64,000 nucleotides of DNA from Mobula hypostoma. Its lineage: Eukaryota. The notes beneath the pieces were generated by a model. The model was not told where the DNA came from. It did no database searches and saw only the letters and a list, made by a program, of their open reading frames with translations. Positions 36,631 through 48,612 of this stretch are shown here, one piece after another (position 1 is the stretch's first letter; each line of letters begins with the position of its first letter). Both the position numbers and the translations under genes were made by a program. The stretch is taken from the NCBI RefSeq assembly GCF_963921235.1, contig NC_086108.1, forward strand, positions 30,940,001-31,004,000, written 5' to 3'.

Positions 36631-37774
36631 CTGTGCTGGACAGGCCAGCCTACATATGCAAGCAGTGACCTGACCTTCCTTGCACACTGGTGTATATGAC
36701 AATAAGCTAATCTGAGTCTGGCTGTCCAAAATTGCCCCAGATGGACTTTTTACAAAGAGCCCAGAGTTCTTTTGAATACGACAGTCACTGTGATAGTGCA
36801 TGAACTCCTCTTATAGGTCTCTGAGTAATAGTCCATTTACTTAAAGCTATGTAACTGAATGAAGGAATTTATATATTCAAGCTGGGTAAAGGAAGCTGAG
36901 CAACATAAGAGCCAATGCATTATTGGAAACCAAGACAAGCACGATAGGCTGTACTCATGTTCATACATTATATGATTAATATGCTTTCGGGAATTAACTG
37001 CCTGAGTGGAGAAATCAGCTTTGGTTATGCAATTCTAAAATCTATTTGTTAGCTAGATTTTAAATGCTCCTCTTCTTTAATTAGGGTGTCTGATCCTCCC
37101 AGTTCCTGTCGGGGTGCAAGATTTAAAGATTAATCACCAGGATATTGCCTAAAGCAAAGAAAGCCAAACATGGCTGATTAAAAATGCACGTCATCTTTAC
37201 AATTTATTTGACATCCTTTACAGGAAATTAGACATTACAGATAGACAGCCAAGGATTGTCGAGCCATTAAAAATGGCATTCCCTTTCCTAAAAACATGAA
37301 ATGTTTCTACTGCATTTCCTGGCTGCCGTAACAGCAGGAAACAATATGATGAAATCTTAGGCAATGCATCCAACCTGATTGCAGCTGCAATCCAGCATAG
37401 CTCTACATTATAAAGACTTATGGCTCTATAAACTTCCAGCATATGGCTAGCAATGTTGCCTGCAATATTACACAGGAATCTTACTGCACTGAACATATAC
37501 AACTAAAAGCCTATTGAGAATTCCACATTCCTCTTTACTCCTTCATCGTTGCCATGTGCTCAGATCATCTGATGTCCAGTCTTAAATGGGCTACAACCTT
37601 ATCCAGGCAATAATACATGCATTATCATTGGCTTTCAGTACTAGCTCCATACTTTGAGCCCTGATATGATTGGACACGGACTCTTCTATGCTGATAAACA
37701 TTTTTTTTTGTTACTTCTCTACATCTTTTATTAATGGTACAACATTTTATCTGAGGGTCAAAAATGCCTTGGAG

Positions 37775-38555
37775 CACAGACATAGAACAATACAGCAGAG
37801 GAACAGGACCTCCAGCCCACAATGTTGTACTGAACTGATTAAACCAATAATTAAATGCTTAACGAAACTAATCCCTCTCTCCCTCTCGCTCGCAGCTGCC
37901 AGAGGATGTTGCTGGGATCTTGGGTCTTGAACGATGTTTAGTCTACATGATTTGTGAATTGAATTCCCCGCAGTTCGTGTGTTTCTAGTTTGTGGTTACT
38001 TTTCTATTGCTATTTTGTGCAATTTTGATTGGGGTAGACTAACTCGGTGGTCTGAATTGAACTGAACTGAACTGAACTGAACATTACTAGACTGTTTCAA
38101 GGACTGATGTTTTATATTCTACGGGCTTTTCACCTTACTTTTGCTGTTTGTGCAATTTGTTCTTTTTTTGCATGTCGGGTGTTGGATTTTTTTTATGAAC
38201 AGGTTCTATGGTGCTTCTTTGTTTCGTGGCTGTCTGTGGGAAGACGATTCTCAGGGCTGAATACCGTATGCATACTTTGATAATGAACGTACTTGGACTT
38301 TGAATCTTTGAATAATCCCTTCTGCTCGCACAATGTCCATATCCTTCCATTTTCTGCACATTCATGTGCCCAGCTAAGAGCCTCTTGAACACCTCTACCA
38401 TATTTGCCTGGCTCACCACCCCTAGCAGCATCTGCCAAGCACTCACTTCTCTCCGCTTTAAAAACTTGTCCCGCTCATGTTTTTTGAGCTTACCCACTCA
38501 CTCCTTAAATGCATGTCCTCTGATATTAACCATAGGAAAAGGATATTGACTGTAA
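37775..38555 (-). mobile_element. CR1 3' end interrupted at 37877-38312
   Basis: catagaacaatacagc tail; minus ORF 38135-38497 VEVFKRLL.GHMN...MEGYG. Confidence 0.7.
37877..38312 (+). mobile_element. Non-coding retroposon 3' part with 8-bp TSD and (AACTG)n
   Basis: TAATCCCT at 37869-37876 and 38313-38320; 3' end related to 55900-56180 and to the reverse complement of 41160-41250 and 56680-56780. Confidence 0.75.
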
Positions 38556-38599
38556 GTCTACGCCATGAGGACACTATGTGTAGTCTACAGTGTATTTAT

Positions 38600-39868
38600 A
38601 AGCAACATACATCAAAGTTGCTGGTGAACGCAGCAGGCCAAGCAGCATCTATAGGAAGAGGTGCAGTCGACGTTTCAGGCCGAGACCCTTCGTCAGGAGT
38701 AACTGAAGGAAGAGTGAGTAAGGGATTTGAAAGCCGGAGGGGGAGGGGGAGATCCAAAATGATAGGAGAAGACAGGAGGAGGAGGGATAGAGCCAAGAGC
38801 TGGACAGGTGATTGGCAAAAGGGATACGAGAGGATCATGGGACAGGAGGTCCGGGAAGAAAGACAAGGAGGGGGGGGTGACCCAGAGGATGGGCAAGAGG
38901 TATATTCAGAGGGACAGAGGGAGAAAAAGGAGAGTGAGAGAAAGAATGTGTGCATAAAAATGAGTAACAGATGGGGTACGAGGGGGAGGTGGGGCCTTAG
39001 CGGAAGTTAGAGAAGTCGATGTTCATGCCATCAGGTTGGAGGCTACCCAGACGGAATATAAGGTGTTGTTCCTCCAACCTGAGTGTGGCTTCATCTTTAC
39101 AGTAGAGAAGGCCGTGGATAGACATGTCAGAATGGGAATGGGATGTGGAATTAAAATGTGTGGCCACTGGGAGATCCTGCTTTCTCTGGCGGACAGAACG
39201 TAGATGTTCAGCAAAGCGGTCTCCCAGTCTGCGTCGGGTCTCACCAATATATAAAAGGCCACATCGGGAGCACCAGACGCAGTATATCACCCCAGTCGAC
39301 TCACAGGTGAAGTGATGCCTCACCTGGAAGGACTGTTTGGGGCCCTGAATGGTGGTATGGGAGGAAGTGTAAGGGCATGTGTAGCACTTGTTCCGCTTAC
39401 ACGGATAAGTGCCAGGAGGGAGATCAGTGGGGAGGGATGGGGGGGACGAATGGACAAGGGAGTTGTGTAGGGAGCGATCCCTGTGGAATGCAGAGGGGGG
39501 GGGAGGGAAATATGTGCTTAGTGGTGGGATCCCGTTGGAGGTGGCGGAAGTTACGGAGAATAATATGTTGGACCCGGAGGCTGGTGGGGTGGTAGGTGAG
39601 GACCAGGGGAACCCTATTCCTAGTGGGGTGGTGGGAGGATGGAGTGAGAGCAGATGTACGTGAAATGGGGGAGATGCGTTTAAGAGCAGAGTTGATAGTG
39701 GAGGAAGGGAAGCCCCTTTCTTTAAAAAAGGAAGACATCTCCCTCGTCCTAGAATGAAAAGTCTCATCCTGAGAGCAGATGCGGCGGAGACGGAGGAATT
39801 GCGAGAAGGGGATGGCGTTTTTGCAAGAGACAGGGTGAGAAGAGGAATAGTCCAGATCACTGTGAGAG
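38600..39868 (-). mobile_element. Young Penelope-like element, 5'-truncated: RT thumb/linker, Cys motif, GIY-YIG endonuclease, terminal repeat
   Basis: ORF 38997-39890 has CKRNKCYTC and GVIYCVWCSRCGLLYIGETRRRLGDRFAEH...VATHFN...LQPDGMN; upstream frame FFKERGFP..VPLVLTYHP; frameshift at the G-run near 39500. Confidence 0.95.
38664..38701 (-). ncRNA. Minimal hammerhead ribozyme, intact core, one stem I mismatch
   Basis: Reverse complement reads UACUC CUGACGA AGGGUCUCGGCCU GAAA CG UC GACUG. Confidence 0.7.
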
Positions 39869-40830
39869 TATCTACTTTTTCATTGGCCATAGATAAAAAA
39901 CATCACAACGAGACAAATTTTGCAGAAGTACTGCAGTGGTAGAAAAAAGGTCAGCATTGCATCAGTGTTAGGATATCAGGGAAACTATGTAAATATCTTC
40001 ATACCACATTAATGGATAGATTGATAAAAATAACTTAAGGAAAATTCTGTCCTTTACATTTGGGGTTGTGTCTGATTTGTGCATTTCAAAGATCAGCTAC
40101 TCGTGTTTGTTTTTAAAAAGTATATTTTTTACTCATTTTTCAATGACTATTCCTGGAAGAGGGCTCCGTACCTGGCAGCCGTGAAAACCTTTATCAATGG
40201 AGAACAAAAATGCCTGAAGTTTTAGTGAAGTTTTAGTAAAGAACCTACATGTACATGAAAATTTTAGAATCAGAGTAATCGCATGACAGAAAACAAAGAG
40301 ATGGAGGCACTTTGATCTGCAGAGTCAGCATTGAGTTCTTTATATCTTTTGGCCACTTCCTTTTTCATTATTCATGTTGCTACACTGTTTATCCCCTTCG
40401 AGTATATATTTATCCAACTGTCTTTGTAAATCTATTAAACAACTTTTTCCTACTCCAACAGATGGTACATTTTAAATGTTAATCATAAATTGCATAAACC
40501 TTATCTTTCTTTTAATCACTTCAGGGTTTTATAATTAGTTGTCTAACACTGTCATATTCCTGGCAACATTTTGACCAAGTTAAGTATTAAGTCTTCTCAA
40601 ATCCTTTACATTTACCTCTTTTCACTCCCACTAAACTCACTCTTCAATTTGAGCATATGCTCCCTGTATGAAGTTATCTCCGACCCTAATTGTTGAGGTC
40701 CTAAGAAGGCTGGGGCTTTCCAATACAAGATGACACAGAAGCGTTATTATAGATAATTTAAGCCACACTTTCAGGCAGAATCATCTGCAAAAGCAATGAA
40801 ATAGTGTGGATGCTTGGAATATCTCCAATA

Positions 40831-42498
40831 CAGGTTGAGCACCCTTTATCAAAATTCTTGGTGGTGGAAGTGTTTTGGATTTTGGAACTATCCAGATTTT
40901 GAAATAGTTGCATCTCTATAATGAAATACCTTGGAGATAGGACCAAAGTCTAACATGAAATCCATTTATACTACATATATAGTTTATACATATACCCTGA
41001 AGGTAGTTTTACATAATGTTTTTAATAATTTTGTGCAAGAAACAATAATGTGCACATTGAACCATCAGAAAGGTTAGCTACTTCTACTTCAGCCATCCAG
41101 GTGGACAGTCATCATTGCCATCAGTCTCGACTCTGAATTTAAGGGCTACCAGTAATAAGGTTTCAAAGGTACATTTAATGTCAGAGAAATGTATACAATA
41201 TACATCCTGAAATGCTTTTTCTTCGCAAACATCCACGAAAACAGAGGAGTGACCCCAAAGAATGAATGACAGTAAAATGTTAGAACTCCAAAGTCCCCCC
41301 CAGCTCCCCTCCCTCTCTTGCGTAAGTGAAAGGAAGCAACAATCTCCCCTCCCCTATCGGCAAAAATAATGCATTGGCGCCCGTCACCAAGCACTCAAGT
41401 CTGAGCAAAGCAACAGCAAAGACACAGACTTGCAGTTATTCCAAAGACTTCACATTTCACCCAGAATTCGATATACCACAGGCTTTCACTCTCTCCCTCA
41501 TAGGGGAGAAAGAGGTGTTCCCATTTTCACAGTGAGAGAGAGGGGAGACATAAGAAACAACTCGCTGGTTTACGATGTTGAAAGTCCATCGCGTCGCTTT
41601 TTCCGAGGTCTGTCCCCAAAGATCTCAGGTCTCTGGGCACATGGCCAAAGATCTTCCAACTCCCACAACACATCAGTTTGTCATGATACAGACCTTCGAT
41701 CCACCCGTCTCCAGAGCCCCAAGATCTAGGCCTCCAAAGGCGAGCCGAACTCTTAGGCTGTGCCATTGGCATGTTGGATAACGACAGTCGTGACACCCCA
41801 AGAGCGGGTCCCATTCCCGCAAGGAACCAAAGTCAGCATATAACTCCAGGTCAGGGTCTTCAAAAAAACCCTGAAAGGAAAAAATATAGATATGAAAGAT
41901 GGAAATGGAGCTGTTTCAGAAGATGCAGTCAAAGGAGTTGCCGGTTAGCGCTATCTGGACTAAGCTCTGTCATTGTCTTACAGCTGTTTATCACAAATAT
42001 GTTCTGATACATTTGTTCAGTGTGTTAGACTTTCATCAATGACAATCTTGGCAAACTCCTCAATGAATTTTTCCGCTGCTTCGTGATCAACAGAGGCGTC
42101 ATCACCACAAATCTTTAAAAATTTAATACCATGTCTTTTAAATTTTCGCAACCAGCCTACTGAATATTCACAATTACTTTCAATTTTCAGTTTGTTGTGA
42201 TAGATCTTTGCTTGTTTCAGCGTTAGCAAACCGTTAAGCAGTACATGTTCACTCTGATACTTACTACTTCACTCTTTCAATGTATGGTTAAGATCTTTTT
42301 TATTTGCTTTATGCAGTGTTTTACTATTTTTCATTAACTTCTGTTCATTACATATGTGAGGTCACTTCTGAGAAGTGTCTGTGTCACGTAGGGACCTGCG
42401 CTTCGCCTCCCCAGTACTTTGTGGAATTTTCCATTTGTGACATTAAGTCACAAAAAAATTTTGTATTTTGGAATTTTAGATAAGGGGTGCTCAACCCG
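40831..42498 (-). mobile_element. Tigger/pogo DNA transposon (Tigger4-like), internally deleted
   Basis: TIRs CAGGTTGAGCACCCTTTATC and GATAAGGGGTGCTCAACCCG; TA on both flanks; ORF 42017-42229 is a CENP-B-type HTH (KQAKIYH..L.IE.NCEYS.GWLRKFKRHGI). Confidence 0.93.
41160..41960 (-). mobile_element. ~800-bp non-coding retroposon nested in the Tigger element
   Basis: Interrupts Tigger sequence; its 3' end is shared with fragments at ~2050-2130 and ~36440-36525. Confidence 0.7.
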
Positions 42499-43904
42499 TA
42501 AATTACAAAAGCACATAACAGTCAATCATAATATGTTAAAAAGTTACATTACTTAACAATTGTTTATTACCTAAATATATTACACTCAGAACAACTAACA
42601 TACTTAAATTAAATCAATAAAATAAAAATGGAGACTATCTGAAACATATCTCCCACCCTCACCACTCCATCAAAATTAATAGAGTCACCAGATCTTCAGA
42701 AAGTTTAAACAGCAGATTCCCACTGAAATTCCAAGAAACTAGGTCATTGTTGCTCCTCTGTGAGATGCCGTGAGGAATCCAGGTTAGTGTGCAGTTTGAG
42801 TGGCAGCATTGAAGACCTCCCAGGATGGTCAGAACTTCTGTGCCCATGCACATTATGTTGAAAGCCCAGATTTCCTGGTAGTTTCATTGCAGAAAACTAG
42901 TTAGTAACATGACATTGATGGTCTTTCTCAGGAAAATCCTGGCCTAATGAAAACAAATGCCAAAATCAAGAAACAGATATTACAAGGGATGAATTAACAT
43001 TGGTTGAAAGAGATGGTTTATAAGATGTGCCCTACAGAATGGAAGTGAAAGAGGAAAAGAGATTTAAAATGGGAACCTGGAATGTGGGGCCTATGCTCAG
43101 GAAACATGCCTACATATCTTCATTCTCCACTTCTAACCTATGAACTAGCTAGGCTTTTAGAATAAATAAGTTCTATTTCTTGGAGATATAAGAGATTGCA
43201 GATGCTGGAATCTGGAGCAATGCACAAAATGCTGGAGGAATTCTGCTGGTTAAGCAACATCGATGGGGGAACTGGACAGCTGAGGCTCTTCAACAAGAAG
43301 CATTGCGGGAGGTAGCCAGTCCACTAAGTCCATCAGGAAGGTCATGAGAAGGACAATTTTTAAAACCAATAAAATGGCGTTTTACTTGAAGCAACTCTGA
43401 ATTCAGTTCCTTTCTCAAGACTCTCAGTCACAATTAAAGAGGTCTCACTGATGGCCATGCTTCAGGTCTGGAGTAAGCAATTGATACAACAGCTGGCCAG
43501 GGAAGGTGAAGCCTGCAGAAAATTGAGGTAGCAGGGCTTTGTTCAGTAAACTTGAAGGAGGCGTTGCACATTTTGCTTTCTTTCTTTTCATTCTACTGTG
43601 AGGGAACCCGTTGCAGAGACACAATTTCCTCCTTTTATAGATGAATCTAATAGTAAGTTTAGATGGTAAAAGTAAAAAATAAATGAATCTCACTCTGATA
43701 GATGAGGCAGTTTATAATTTTACTCTTTGTAAGCAGATTTTTTCAATTGGCAAAGGATTCCAGCAAAATGTTGAAGAAGATAAAAGAAAAGGATTACAAG
43801 GCCTTTGGGATAAGCAGGCATCTTTTGTATTGAATGCATTAGCCAGATATCAATCATCCACAGTTCTGCCTTAGTTGTTGAAAAGTACTGATTTCTGTAT
43901 AGAT

Positions 43905-44360
43905 CAGAAATAACACCCCCATCTCACTGATATCAACACTGGGGCACCTCAAGGATGAATGCTTTGCCCACTGCTCTACACCCACTATACCCATTACTGT
44001 GTGGCTAGGCATAATCCAAATGCCATCTCTAAATTTGCTGATGACACAACTATCGATGCCAGAATTTCAGATGGTGATGAGAAGGCATACAGCCGAGCAA
44101 GCTGGATCAGTTAGTTGAGTGGTGTCAGCAGAAACAACCTTGAACTCAATGTCAGTAAGAACGAAGAACTGATTGTAGATTTCAGAAAGGGTAAGATGAG
44201 GAAACACACACACCAGTCCTCATAGAAGGATCAGAAATGGAAGGAGTGAACAGTTTCAATTTCCTGGGTATCAACATCTCTGGGGATCTATCCTGGGCCC
44301 AATACATCAATGCAGTACAAAGAAGGCATGCCAGCATCCATATTTCATCAGGAGTCTGAA
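43905..44360 (+). mobile_element. Rex1/Babar-like RT fragment
   Basis: TGAPQG, KFADDTTI, NNLELNVSKNEELIVDFRK. Confidence 0.85.
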
Positions 44361-44749
44361 CCCATCGTCCTCCGCTTTAATTATACACAATGACTTGGCC
44401 TGTACAGCCATCTGTCGTAATGAATTCCGCACATTCACTACCCTCCAGCTATGTCAGTGATATTAAACCTGATTCTGATTTTGATTCTCAACAAATTTAG
44501 TACCTCCACTCTTTTGTTCTATGTTTCTGTGATCCTGTGTCTCTGATGTTGCAGCAGGTCAAGTTTCATTTTGCACATGTGCTACATGCAGTTGTGCTTA
44601 TGACATTAAATTCAACTTTGACTTTGACTCTTTTTTCCAGACTAGCAATGGTATGGCAGAGCAGAAAAAAAGTCTAAATAAACTTGGACCATCTTGGAAC
44701 TATTGACATAAGTTCCTTTGCCTGGTTTGCTATAAGCACTATGATCACC

Positions 44750-45740
44750 AGGTAAAGTTTCTGACCAGTCGGGAAGGACAGGCAACCACAGTTTTGCCAT
44801 GATTATCCTCAGCACCAGTGCCCCACAACAATGCCCTCAGCTGTCTACTCTATCCCAACTGCACTCAAGGCTGCATGGTCAGGTTCTCCTCCAACTCTGT
44901 TCACAAGTTAGTGGAGGACACTTGGTAAATTCTCAAATAATGATACGTTGTAGTATAGCGAAGAGATATAGAGCCAGCTGACAACCTTTACCTCAATGAC
45001 AACAATGCAAAGAACAGGTCATTGATGCTGAGGTCAGGATGTTGAAAACTTCAAGTTCCTTTGAGTGAATATCATTAATAGACTGTCCTGCTCCAAATAT
45101 ATGGATTGTCACAGCCAACAAAGGGCATCACCTTTTCTCCTTCCTCAGGAGAATCCAGAAATTTGGCATGTCCTCTTTGACCTTCACCAATTTGTATTGA
45201 TGCATCATAGAAGCATCCTGTCTGGGTGCATCGTGGCTTGGCATGATAGCTATTCTGCTCAAGATTACAAAGAACTACAGAGAGTTGTGGACATGGATCA
45301 GCACATCAGTGAAATCAGTTTCCTTTCTATGGAATCATCTACACTTCTCAATGCCTCAGTAAAGCAGCCAGCATAACTGAAGACCCTACTCACTGTAGAT
45401 TTTTATCTTCACCCCCTTCCCATCTGGCAGAAATGTACAACAGCCTGAAGGCACATACCACCAAGCTCAAGGATAGCTTCTATCCTGTTATTATAAAGCA
45501 GTTAAACAGTTCCCTAGTTCGACAAAGTTAACTTTTGACTTCACAATCTACCTTGCTATGGCCTTTCACCTTATGGTTTGCCAGACCTGCATTTTCTCTG
45601 TTACAGTAACACATTATTCTTTCATTCCTTTCTCTTGTACTAACTCAATACATTGATGTAATAGAATTATCTGTACAGATGGCATGCAAAACAGAATTTT
45701 TCACTACATGTGACACAATAGACCTAATTACCAATTTACC
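44750..45740 (+). mobile_element. Old Rex1/Babar-like 3' portion
   Basis: IILSTSAPQ; SILSGCIVAW..YSAQDYKELQRVV; caccaagctcaaggatagcttctatcctg. Confidence 0.75.
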
Positions 45741-46022
45741 AAGTCACCTCTGAAATAAGGAAAATAATTTAATCGTATAGTCGGCAGAGTACAGCACAGA
45801 AACAGTCGCATTAACCATCTAGTCTGTGCCGAACCATTTAAATTGCCTACTCCCATCGACCTGCGTCAAGACAATAGCCCACCATATCCCTACCATCCAC
45901 GTACCTATCCAAACTTATCTTAAAAGTTGAAATCGCGCTCACATGCACCACTTGTGCTGGCAGCTCATTCTACTCATGACCCTCTGAGTGAAGAAGTTTC
46001 CCCTCATATTCCCCTTAAACTT

Positions 46023-46843
46023 GATCTCCCTCCTGGCACTTATCCGTGTAAGCGGAACAAGTGCTACACATGCCCTTACACTTCCTCCCATACCACCATT
46101 CAGGGCCCCAAACAGTCCTTCCAGGTGAGGCATCACTTCACCTGTGAGTCGACTGGGGTGATATACTGCGTCCGGTGCTCCCGATGTGGCCTTTTATATA
46201 TTGGTGAGACCCGACGCAGACTGGGAGACCGCTTTGCTGAACATCTACGCTCTGTCCGCCAGAGAAAGCAGGATCTCCCAGTGGCCACACATTTTAATTC
46301 CACATCCCATTCCCATTCTGACATGTCTATCCACGGCCTCCTCTACTGTAAAGATGAAGCCACACTCAGGTTGGAGGAACAACACCTTATATTCCATCTG
46401 GGTAGCCTCCAACCTGATGGCATGAACATTGACTTCTCTAACTTCCGCTAGGCCCCACCTCCCCCTCGTACCCCAGCTGTTACTCATTTTTATGCACACA
46501 TTCTTTCTCTCACTCTCCTTTTTCTCCCTCTGTCCCTCTGAATATACCTCTTGCCCATCCTCTGGGTCACCCCCCCCCCGTCTTTCTCCCTAGGCCTCCT
46601 GTCCCATGATCCTCTCGTATCCCCTTTTGCCTATCACCTGTCCAGCTCTCGGCTCTATCCCTCCCCCTCCTGTCTTCTCCTATCATTTTGCATCTCCCCC
46701 TCCCCCTCCAGCTTTCAAATCCCTTACTCACTCTTCCTTCAGTTAGTCCTGACGAAGGGTCTCGGCCTGAAACGTCGACTGCGCCTCTTCCTATAGATGC
46801 TGCTTGGCCTGCTGCGTTCACCAGCAACTTTGATGTATGTTGT
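46023..46843 (+). mobile_element. Young Penelope-like 3' fragment (GIY-YIG plus terminal repeat)
   Basis: Near-identical reverse complement of ~38604-39425; DLPPGTYPCKRNKCYTC...VIYC...YIGET...NIDFSNFR*. Confidence 0.96.
46744..46781 (+). ncRNA. Minimal type I hammerhead ribozyme, intact; predicted cleavage after C46776
   Basis: TAGTC CTGACGA AGGGTCTCGGCCT GAAA CG TC GACTG, in sense orientation ~290 nt downstream of the GIY-YIG stop codon. Confidence 0.82.
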
Positions 46844-48612
46844 TTCACAATACGCCAAGTTAGGCCTCACTGGTGTTTTACACGGCTTTAATATAACATC
46901 CCATCTCCTGTACTCAATACTTTGATTTATGAAGTCCAATATGCCAAAAGCTTTCATTTCAACCCTACCTAATGGTGACGCCACTTTCAGTATGTTATGG
47001 CCCTGTCTTCCCAGATCTCTTTGTTCTACAGCCCGACTGTTTGTTTCTGTAAGACCTACCCTGGTTAGTCCCACCGATGCAACAGCTCTCACTTGTCTGC
47101 ATTAAATTCCATCTGCCATTTTTCAGCCCATTTTTTCTAGCTGGTCCATATCCTACTGCAAGCCCTGACAGTCTTCCTCATTGTCCACTACACTCCCAAT
47201 CTTGGGGCCCGAAAATTTGCCGATCCAGTTAACCACATTATCATCCAGATCATTGATATAAATGACAAACTACAACAGACCCAGCAGCTTTGCACTAGTC
47301 ACAGGCCTCCAGTCAGAGAGGCAACCATCTACTACCATTCTCTGGCTCTCACACAAAGCCCATGTCTAATCCTATTTAGTACCTCATCTTGAATGCCGAG
47401 CAACTGAACCTTCTTGATCAATTTTCTATGCGGGACCTTGTCAAATGCCTTGTTAAAGTCCATGTAGACAACATCCACTGCCTTTTCTTCATTAACTTCC
47501 ATGGTAACATCCTCAAAAAACTCTTAAGATTGGTTAGACATGACCTGCCATGCTGACTATCCTTAACCAGTCCATATCTGTCCAAATACTCATATTATCT
47601 GGTCACTTAGAATACATTTCAATGACTTTCCCACTACTGATGTCAGACTCAATGGCCTATAACTTCCTGGTTTACTTTTTAGAGCCTTCCTTAAACAGCA
47701 GAACAACATTGGCTGTCCTCCTATCCTTCATGACCTCACCTGTTGCTAAGGTTGATCTAAATATTTCTGCTAGGTCCCCTGCAATTTCTGCACTTCCCAC
47801 CCACAGAGTCCAGGGGGACACCTTGTCAGACCCTGGGAATTTATGCAGCCTAATTTGCCTCAAGAGAGCAAAAACTTTCTCCTCTGAATTCTGTACAGGG
47901 TCTATGACCTTGTTGCAGCTTTGCCTTGCTTCTATAGACTCTGTATCCTTCTCCTGAGCAAATACAGATGCAAAAAAATCCATTGAGGATCACTCCATCT
48001 CTTTTGGGTCCACCTGTAGATGACCATTCTCATCTTCCAGAGGACCACTTTTGTCCCTGACAATCCTTTTGCTCTTAACATATGTGTAGAATCCCTTAGA
48101 ATTTCTCCTACACCGCATCTGCTAGGGCAACCTCCTGCCTTCTTTTAACCCCTCTGATTTCTTTCTTAAGTGCTGTCTTGTATTTCTTATGCACCATATA
48201 TAGCTCATTTGTTCCAATCTGCCTATACCTGCTATGCATCTCCTTTTTTTCTTAACCAGGGCCTCAATATCTCTTGAAAAACAAGGTTTCCTACACCTGT
48301 TAACTTTACATCTTATTGCGGCAGGCACATCTAAACTCTGTACTCTCAAAATTTCACTTTTGAAAGCCACCCACTTACCAAGTACATAAATACAGAAAAC
48401 AGCCTGTCCCAATCCACACGTCAGATCCTTTCTGATACTATCAAAACTGCCTTTCTCCAACTTAGAATCTCAAACTGCGGACCAGGCCTATCATTGTCCA
48501 TATTTACTTTGAAACTAATGGCATTATGATCACTAGATGCAAAGTGTTCCCCTACTTAAAGTTCTGTCACCTGCCTGCCTCACTCCCTAACTGCAGATTA
48601 AGTATTACACTC

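Larger units (their letters stand above)
45776..48612 (-). mobile_element. Degenerate CR1 LINE interrupted by Penelope and truncated against Tc1
   Basis: Minus pieces KFKGNMRGNFFTQRV, KAFGIL.FINQSIEYR, FFASVF..K.PGSD..WTL..EIAGDL, KGSFDSIRKDL. Confidence 0.9.

Noticed and set aside
45927..46451. Stand-alone GIY-YIG nuclease gene
   Set aside because: Chimeric: the N-terminus is antisense CR1 with a TTG start, and the remainder is truncated Penelope
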